Below are positions 46,858-52,751 of a stretch of 52,751 nucleotides of DNA, piece after piece; the first letter of the stretch is position 1, and each line of letters starts with the position of its first letter. Where the stretch lies: the NCBI GenBank assembly GCA_043799675.1, contig JAZDNN010000040.1:1-52751 (forward strand). The letters run 5' to 3'. Made by a program: the position numbers and the translations under genes. The notes under the pieces are model-generated. The model was not told where the DNA came from, ran no database searches, and worked only from the letters and a program-made list of their open reading frames with translations. This DNA is from Candidatus Aenigmatarchaeota archaeon. GTDB taxonomy: Archaea > Aenigmatarchaeota > Aenigmatarchaeia > Aenigmatarchaeales > JACQIB01.

Positions 46858-47883
46858 TCATGCCCTCCGGTACACTCTCATGATGAGCCTGTATTGCTTG
46901 CCGTTGAGTTGGACCACCCTCACTATGCTCGTCACGTCGCTTGCGGTTATGTTCCCCGCTATGGGTTGTCCGAAGCTTGCCGAGTTCAGGGTGCGCATCG
47001 CTATGTCGATGTAGATGCCGACCAATTGCGAGTCTGAAGGTGCATAGTATTCGTCCCCTCCGGTCTTGGCTGCAATCTGTTTCATCAGCGTGCGGTTGCA
47101 GTCGGTTCCGAGCGATATGGTGTATATCGTTATTCCGGCGGCGGCGGCCCTGTCGGCTTCGGCGAGCGTGTAACCCACCGCCTGGGCGACGGTCACGGAC
47201 TTGCCCTGATAGGTGTTCGGGAGTCCGTCGGTAAGCAGGACCTCCGTTTTTATCGCTCCCGGCCTGGCCCGGACCGATTTCAGTTCGGTAGTTGCGTTGA
47301 ACATTCCTCCCGCGATGTCGGTGTTGAGGGAAGCGACCTGCTTGTCTATGCTGTTGTTCAGCGCCGAGGCGTTCGCGATTCCCATCATCGTCAGTTGCTT
47401 GACAAGGTACGTCTTTGTGCTGAAATTGGCCAGTCCGGCCTGGTCGTAGCTCCCGTTGAGCATCGCGACGAACGTCTTTGCGGCCTTCCGCGCGTTGCTT
47501 ATCTTGGTCGCGGGGGACCCCATGCTTCCTGAAACGTCTATTATGAGCATGGTATCCGTTGCTCTTCGCATCGACGGGCACGCATCGTTGGTGACGTTCG
47601 GTATTTCCACCCAGATGTCGTATTCCCCCGCACCGAGCTCCCTTCTGAGGTCGTCATAACTCATGTTGGCTATCTGTATCAGCTTGTCGCAATCGAGGTT
47701 CCCTTCCGTGCCGATTTCGATGGTTGTCAGCTGGCTCGCCATGCTGTTCGCTTTTGTCTGCATGTCGCCGTAATAGATTGTGTTCGTCGGGACGAGCATC
47801 ATGAAGTACATCGCGAGCATCACAATCCCGAGAAATATCGTGAGCGCGACCATGAGGTCCAGGGAGAACAGTTGACCTTTCAT
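46858..47883 (-). CDS. Pilin-like protein with a vWA domain (putative adhesin)
   Basis: True start MKG|QLFSLDL at 47883; MIDAS DVSGSM...TDI...LTDG; YTISLG. Confidence 0.85.
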   Translation of the reverse strand: MKGQLFSLDLMVALTIFLGIVMLAMYFMMLVPTNTIYYGDMQTKANSMASQLTTIEIGTEGNLDCDKLIQIANMSYDDLRRELGAGEYDIWVEIPNVTNDACPSMRRATDTMLIIDVSGSMGSPATKISNARKAAKTFVAMLNGSYDQAGLANFSTKTYLVKQLTMMGIANASALNNSIDKQVASLNTDIAGGMFNATTELKSVRARPGAIKTEVLLTDGLPNTYQGKSVTVAQAVGYTLAEADRAAAAGITIYTISLGTDCNRTLMKQIAAKTGGDEYYAPSDSQLVGIYIDIAMRTLNSASFGQPIAGNITASDVTSIVRVVQLNGKQYRLIMRVYRRA

Positions 47884-48272
47884 GTTATCACTATCGTAGC
47901 TCTGTTGTTGCTTATTGATATAGTTCTTTTGGGCAGGGTGAACGGCGGTGCGCTGGTGCCGTTGCTGAGTGCCGCGGCCGGGTGCGTTTTGACGAAGTCT
48001 GAACTCCCGCGGCAGATTATCGACGTGTTGTAGACGGTGATGGTGTAGTTCGTGGTCGGTATGCTGGCCGGAAGCGTCATGTTCTGGCTGAACCCGTCGC
48101 CGTACTGTACGACCGAACTTATTTTTGCCACTATGCTGTTGCACAGCTGTTCCACCTCGAGGTCCTTCGGTATCGTGCTCGTCCTTCCGAAGGCCGACAC
48201 GTAGAACACCAGCACGAAAAGCAGGACCAGTATCGTGCTTACCATGAATTCGACGCCTGCTTGGCCGCGCAT
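47880..48272 (-). CDS. Minor type IV pilin
   Basis: MRG|QAGVEF class III signal peptide. Confidence 0.82.
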   Translation of the reverse strand: MRGQAGVEFMVSTILVLLFVLVFYVSAFGRTSTIPKDLEVEQLCNSIVAKISSVVQYGDGFSQNMTLPASIPTTNYTITVYNTSIICRGSSDFVKTHPAAALSNGTSAPPFTLPKRTISISNNRATIVIT

Positions 48273-48677
48273 TCAGCTCACCGTTGATACAGTCACATAG
48301 TTGTCCATCGTCCTCATTATCAACCATGCGTAGCCCGGCGAGGACGGAAGGGTGCCGGTCAGGTTTGCCTTGGTGGTCGAGACGATGTCGGTGTTTCCGG
48401 CCGATATGTGTATGCTCAGTCTCACCATCGTGTTGTTGAGGCTGCTTCTGCTTGCGTTGTAGCCGGGCGGGAAATAGACGTTGATGGTGTTCTGCGCGCC
48501 CGGTCCCTGCGCCCACAGGCTGTCGGCGGTATTGGCTATCTTGTCCGCCGTCATTGTCGCCTGCTGCACCGCGGAGGAGGTGGAGTTGCTCTGCCAGACG
48601 TACGCCGCCAGGGGCAGCAGAATGGCCAGTAATATGCCTATCATGGCCATGTATTCGACGGCAGCCTGTCCCCGCAT
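48273..48677 (-). CDS. Minor type IV pilin
   Basis: MRG|QAAVEY class III signal peptide; QGPGA motif. Confidence 0.85.
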   Translation of the reverse strand: MRGQAAVEYMAMIGILLAILLPLAAYVWQSNSTSSAVQQATMTADKIANTADSLWAQGPGAQNTINVYFPPGYNASRSSLNNTMVRLSIHISAGNTDIVSTTKANLTGTLPSSPGYAWLIMRTMDNYVTVSTVS

Positions 48678-48711
48678 GTCCTAATTAGCGTCTGGCTTGA
48701 ACAAAAAGCTT

Positions 48712-48897
48712 TTAGTCCATCGTCTGGAGCACTCTTGCCTTTATCTTCCCCTTTCCGCCGCTCTTTTCCGACAGCGTGCCGTTGCACACCAGGCAGTGGA
48801 CGTCCTGGGAAGGGCTGCTGAAAATTACCTGCTCGTTCTTGCACTTGCCGCAAGCCACCTTCACGAACTTGCTGCTCGGTCTTGCTATGGCTCTCAT
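48712..48897 (-). CDS. rps27e: 30S ribosomal protein S27e
   Basis: PSSKFVKVACGKCKNEQVIFS...CLVC...GGK. Confidence 0.95.
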   Translation of the reverse strand: MRAIARPSSKFVKVACGKCKNEQVIFSSPSQDVHCLVCNGTLSEKSGGKGKIKARVLQTMD

Positions 48898-48947
48898 CAA
48901 GCAAACCCCCGGTTTGCGGATGCCGTGAAAACTTCGTTTTCACTCAT
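48893..48947. mobile_element. Putative miniature hairpin insertion (45 bp) flanked by a 5-bp direct repeat
   Basis: CTCAT at 48893-48897 and 48943-48947; hairpins GCAAACC/GGTTTGC and GTGAAAAC/GTTTTCAC. Confidence 0.5.
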
Positions 48948-49240
48948 GTTCCCGCCCTCTTTACCATCTCGAACTTTCCTGCCCTGTAGCCCAGCCCTAT
49001 CGTGTTCTGCCTCTTGCATTTCTTGCACTCGTACCGCAGATCCACCTTCTTTACCGGTTTCGCCCTGTCCTTCGGGTTGGATTTTGGAAAAGAACCGTAA
49101 CCCTTCATCTTCCGGTTGAACCTTCTCTGCCCTATCGCCATCTCCCTTCTCTTCTTGCCGGAGCCCACCCTGCGCACCTCTTGTTCCGTGTGCATCTTGC
49201 AGTGCGGGCAGAACCGTTTCTGGATTTTTGGTATCTTCAT
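48944..49240 (-). CDS. rpl44e: 50S ribosomal protein L44e
   Basis: FCPHCKMHT, GYG, KPVKKVDLRYECKKC. Confidence 0.95.
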   Translation of the reverse strand: MKIPKIQKRFCPHCKMHTEQEVRRVGSGKKRREMAIGQRRFNRKMKGYGSFPKSNPKDRAKPVKKVDLRYECKKCKRQNTIGLGYRAGKFEMVKRAGT

Positions 49241-49253
49241 TTCCTTGCACCTT

Positions 49254-49904
49254 TCATATCGTTTCCGCCGCGCCGCGCGCGGCGAGTATCGCCACGATGT
49301 CCGGAGGCAGTTCGGCTATCGCCCCCGCATCGAACGGCCCGTACGTCTGCCTGTCCAGCCCCACCACGGCCGGCAGCGCGGACAGCAGCTTTACTTTCCT
49401 TACCGGAGCTTTTAAAGCTCCGTCAAAGGAAGGTGAAATTCCGGAAACCGTGCCCTCTTTTATTTCGGCCGTCGGAAAATCATGGTTTATTGCAGGTTGC
49501 GGTTTCATCTCGTCCATGCACCGCTTCGCTTCCTCTATTTTTTCTCTTACCAGTGCGTCCGCACCCAGCGCGGCTTCCATCGCCGACCTGCCTGACATCT
49601 TTATGGTCGTTACCAGCTGGTCGAAGAACTTCGCCTCCTCAACGGTCAGCCCCTGCGGCGGTGCGGCCCCCCTTGCGGTCGCGAGCGCCGCAATGACCGT
49701 CTTTCGCTGCCTCCGTTGGACTATGTCCTCGATGAGTTTCTTTGCCGAGTCCGCCTCCAGCAGGCTGGTGCTGTCCTTCCTCCCTTCCTTGCTGGATATC
49801 CACGAGTGCACCGCCGGCCAGAATCCTTCATGAAGTTTTGCGAGCTGCTCGTTCTTCTCGGCCCGGTGCGCCGAACGTATGCTCTCGTATGTGATTATTT
49901 CCAT
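49254..49904 (-). CDS. GINS complex subunit (Gins15/Gins51 type)
   Basis: N-terminal helical A domain (RRQRK, LTVEE); C-terminal B domain PAVVGLDRQTYGPF; lies between primase and L44e. Confidence 0.8.
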   Translation of the reverse strand: MEIITYESIRSAHRAEKNEQLAKLHEGFWPAVHSWISSKEGRKDSTSLLEADSAKKLIEDIVQRRQRKTVIAALATARGAAPPQGLTVEEAKFFDQLVTTIKMSGRSAMEAALGADALVREKIEEAKRCMDEMKPQPAINHDFPTAEIKEGTVSGISPSFDGALKAPVRKVKLLSALPAVVGLDRQTYGPFDAGAIAELPPDIVAILAARGAAETI

Positions 49905-49906
49905 AT

Positions 49907-51205
49907 CTATCTCCGCCTAATACTCTTTCCTCTGGCGGATTTATCGTTACGTCCGGCCTGCCGTTTGCCCCTCATGTAGCTCCTTATTCCGTAGTTCACC
50001 GGGTTCTTGATCTGCTTGTTGTTGCACAGCGCGTCCGGTTTGCATATCCCGAACGCGTCATAATAGTCGGCGTTCGAGCAGTTCGCCGGAGGTACGGAGG
50101 TCTCCTTCCTCAGGTGGTAGCGCAGGTGGGTCGTGATTGCCCTGGCCGGCAGCGGCCCCTTCGAATGCTTCAGATTCACTTCCTCGACCTTCTTCGTTAT
50201 TTCCTCGTCGCTCCATCCCATCGCTTTCAGGAAATTGACCAGTGTGAACAGGCTCCTTTTTCTTCCGTCCTCCAGCCCGCCCGTTATCGCCTTGATGCAG
50301 GGCGGGAAGCACTCTTCCGGTATCCTGACCTTCCTCCCCGCGGTCTTCTGCGGCAGCTTCGGTTTCTCCTCCTGTTTCTGCTTCGCCCACCAGTCGAGCG
50401 CGTCCATGAAGAAGTGCGCGGCCTCTTCCGGCTTGTTTTCAAGAAAAGGAAGACCGGTCTGGACGTTCTCGGGCTTTGCAATTTCGGTGGTGAAGTGCTT
50501 GAGCTTGAACAGCTTGACCGGGACCGAGACCATCCAGGTCCCGCTGTGCAGGCTGTAGGGCGCCCTGAACAGGTGCCTGGTCCCCCAGTTCTGCTCAATA
50601 TCCACGAACTGCCACGGGCTCAGCTCCTTTGCACCTTCCATGCTCTTCATCAGCGCGGTGACGCCCCCTTCCTCCTCCACCAGCGCCTCCAGTATTCTCT
50701 CCTTTACGTTCTCCCTGACGAACCCGACCAGTGCCTGGAAGGCCTCTGGATATCTTGTCGCGGTGCGCTGGAAGTCCGCCTGTTCCGGGAACGCCTCCCA
50801 TGCGACGGCTATGTGGAAGCCCCTCCTGCCGGAGAATTTCACGGTCGGCGTTATCCCTTTGTCCCGCAGGAAATCCACCACGGCGACCGCCGCCGCCCTT
50901 GAATGCTCCAGCTTCCCCTTGGAATCGATGTCTATTATCATGTCCCAGCCGGTGCGCATCTCGCCCAGGTTTGCTCCTGCCGTGATTGCCAGCGGGTTGC
51001 TCCATCTTTCCACGCTGAGATGGAATGCTACCGCTCCCCGCCTGACCTTCTCAAGCACGTCGCCCGGGTATTGTATCATGTCCGGCCGTTTCAGGTAGCC
51101 CCCTTCGCGGGACGAGCAAGCCACCTCCCTTCCCTTTGCCGCGGCCGCTATGCTGTTCTGCACGTCCTTCCGCGAGTAGTAATCAAGAACGTCAAGCTGG
51201 TGCAC
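49907..51205 (-). CDS. Fused DNA primase PriS-PriL
   Basis: PriS motifs GWDMIIDID, KFSGRRGFH, RAPYSLH; PriL C-terminal Cys motifs FPPCI, DGRKR, PPANC, GICKPDALC, KNPVNY. Confidence 0.9.
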   Translation of the reverse strand: MHQLDVLDYYSRKDVQNSIAAAAKGREVACSSREGGYLKRPDMIQYPGDVLEKVRRGAVAFHLSVERWSNPLAITAGANLGEMRTGWDMIIDIDSKGKLEHSRAAAVAVVDFLRDKGITPTVKFSGRRGFHIAVAWEAFPEQADFQRTATRYPEAFQALVGFVRENVKERILEALVEEEGGVTALMKSMEGAKELSPWQFVDIEQNWGTRHLFRAPYSLHSGTWMVSVPVKLFKLKHFTTEIAKPENVQTGLPFLENKPEEAAHFFMDALDWWAKQKQEEKPKLPQKTAGRKVRIPEECFPPCIKAITGGLEDGRKRSLFTLVNFLKAMGWSDEEITKKVEEVNLKHSKGPLPARAITTHLRYHLRKETSVPPANCSNADYYDAFGICKPDALCNNKQIKNPVNYGIRSYMRGKRQAGRNDKSARGKSIRRR

Positions 51206-51264
51206 CGATAGGCTTGCCGCGCAATCTATTTAACATTTAAGAAGTTACCGCCAGATGACCATCC

Positions 51265-52200
51265 ATGGACCGCAATGATTTGCTGGCAAGAAAGGTCGAG
51301 GACATGAGGCTCTCGGACATGAAAGCCAGCGAGCTCGTGAGGCAGATGGGGGCCGCCGGAGGCTTCGGTGCCAAGAACGTTTCCACAGCTGTCGACATCA
51401 TGAAGTCAATGCTGGCCGACAAGAACTGCTTCAAGTTCCTTTCGTTTCCTGCCTGTCTGGTCGCTACCGGCCTTCGCGGAGCAATAGCCCAGGCAATAAG
51501 TAAGGGCTGGTTCGACGCCATAATCACTACTTGTGGTACTCTGGACCACGACCTGGCAAGGGCCTGGGGCGGCGATTATTTTCATGGAAGCTTTGAGTTG
51601 GACGACGAGAAGCTGCACCAGATAGAGGTCAACCGCCTCGGGAATGTTCTTGTCCCCAACGAGAGCTACGGAATCCCTCTTGAAAAGCGCATGAATCCGA
51701 TTCTTGAGGAGCTTGCCAGAGAGAAGCAGGACTGGTCCGGTCACGAGCTGGTCCAGAGGTTCGGCAAGCGCATTGACGATGAGAAATCCATAATTCACCA
51801 GTGCGCAAAGCACAATGTCCCCGTGTTCATTCCCGGCATGACCGACGGCGCCTTCGGAACAAACCTTGTTTGGTTCAGCCAGGACCACAAGTTCAAGCTT
51901 GACCTGCTGGCCGATGAAAGGGCATTATCGGACATCGCCTTCGACAGGAAAATCACCGGGGCGTTGATGATAGGCGGCGGCATATCGAAGCATCACGTAA
52001 TTTGGTGGTCGCAGTTCAAAGGCGGGCTTGATTATGCGGTGTACATCACCACCGCCACTCAGTACGATGGAAGCCTGTCAGGTGCCAGGTTGCAGGAGGC
52101 CGTCAGCTGGGGCAAGATAAAGGAGAACGCAAAGTACGTTACGGTGGACGGCGACGCGACAATAATCCTGCCGCTTGTGTTAGCGGCTCTCGACGTCTGA
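51265..52200 (+). CDS. dys: Deoxyhypusine synthase
   Basis: ATGLRG, TTCGTLDHD, NRLGNV, IGGGISKHH, DGSLSGARLQEAVSWGKI, GDATI. Confidence 0.96.
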   Translation: MDRNDLLARKVEDMRLSDMKASELVRQMGAAGGFGAKNVSTAVDIMKSMLADKNCFKFLSFPACLVATGLRGAIAQAISKGWFDAIITTCGTLDHDLARAWGGDYFHGSFELDDEKLHQIEVNRLGNVLVPNESYGIPLEKRMNPILEELAREKQDWSGHELVQRFGKRIDDEKSIIHQCAKHNVPVFIPGMTDGAFGTNLVWFSQDHKFKLDLLADERALSDIAFDRKITGALMIGGGISKHHVIWWSQFKGGLDYAVYITTATQYDGSLSGARLQEAVSWGKIKENAKYVTVDGDATIILPLVLAALDV

Positions 52201-52674
52201 TTAGCCTTTCTTCGGTCTGTTTTTCAATGAACTTTTGTATCCTGCCTCGGCCCGTTTTATGATTCCGATTTCCATCTTTCCGACCCTTTGCTGCAGTGCA
52301 TTTACCCTTTCCTGCGGAAGGTTGCGCTCCCTGGCATTTTCCAACGCATTGCTCGTCTTCACGACGGCTGAATTGGGGCGTATCATTTCCTGCCAGTGGC
52401 TGTCGAGGTAGCTCATCGCACCCTTGTATTCTTTGGCTGCTTCGCTGCCGGGACTCAGTTCGCTCATCAGCGACAAGGCGGCTCTCGTACTGACATATAT
52501 CATATCACGGGTTTCTCCGCCCTTGAAGCGTCCCTTGTAAAGTGCGTCGCGCATTTCGTCGCCGGCCCTTTCCGCCGCCGCTTTCAGGGAGGAATATTTC
52601 TTCCTTTCCACGGCCGTGTAGACGGCCAGCACGAACAACATCCCGGCGCCGAATCCGAGCGCTATCTCAAGCAT
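52201..52674 (-). CDS. Hypothetical membrane-anchored protein
   Basis: N-terminal TM helix; convergent on dys with abutting stops. Confidence 0.6.
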   Translation of the reverse strand: MLEIALGFGAGMLFVLAVYTAVERKKYSSLKAAAERAGDEMRDALYKGRFKGGETRDMIYVSTRAALSLMSELSPGSEAAKEYKGAMSYLDSHWQEMIRPNSAVVKTSNALENARERNLPQERVNALQQRVGKMEIGIIKRAEAGYKSSLKNRPKKG

Positions 52675-52704
52675 GAACAGGATTCCTTGCCCACGAATAT
52701 AAAG

Positions 52705-52743
52705 ATTTTACTTCCGCTTGTGCTTGCCGCTCTTGGCCCTTAA
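52705..52743 (+). pseudogene. Orphan duplicate of the dys 3' end
   Basis: Encodes ILLPLVLAALGP*, versus IILPLVLAALDV* at 52162-52200. Confidence 0.7.
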
Positions 52744-52751
52744 GGCGTGTT

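Noticed and set aside
47884..48516. N-terminal 211 aa of the 552-aa track ORF
   Set aside because: Out-of-frame overlap with two real pilin genes; the true start is MKGQ at 47883
48898..48942. BHB mRNA intron at the L44e/S27e junction
   Set aside because: Could not build a 4-bp central helix with two bulges; kept as an insertion with a duplication instead
1..52751. CRISPR array, integrase, transposase or provirus
   Set aside because: No regularly spaced repeats and no cas, recombinase, transposase or capsid motifs recognised

Overview
Archaeal chromosomal segment, most likely from a DPANN lineage. The evidence is a single fused PriS-PriL primase and a multi-pilin type IV pilus locus; Aenigmarchaeota-like is only a guess. 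Most of the window is housekeeping: rpoH-rpoB-rpoA1-rpoA2-L30e-nusA, class I lysS, gltX, aIF2 alpha/gamma, aIF5B, ribosomal proteins, rpoK-eno-gdhA-rps2, ahcY, purP plus split purH, primase-GINS-L44e-S27e and deoxyhypusine synthase. These conserved operons are repeatedly interrupted by small accessory genes. The most unusual part is an RNA-gene island at about 14.4-19.8 kb. There a 5S rRNA gene carries a 31-nt insertion bounded by a canonical bulge-helix-bulge (BHB) splicing motif, i.e. a candidate 5S rRNA intron. It lies directly downstream of a free-standing single-motif LAGLIDADG endonuclease gene. Three intron-containing tRNAs are nearby: Lys with two introns, Asp with a T-loop intron, and Tyr. 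Also seen are small hairpin insertion elements with direct-repeat footprints, a dispersed palindromic repeat, a K-loop over the L7Ae ribosome-binding site, and a synonymously recoded duplicate of the dys 3' end bracketing an inserted gene. Several small genes missing from the ORF track were read by hand (ferredoxin, nop10, a 57-aa Cys-rich ORF). All calls rest on motif recognition by eye; no searches were run.
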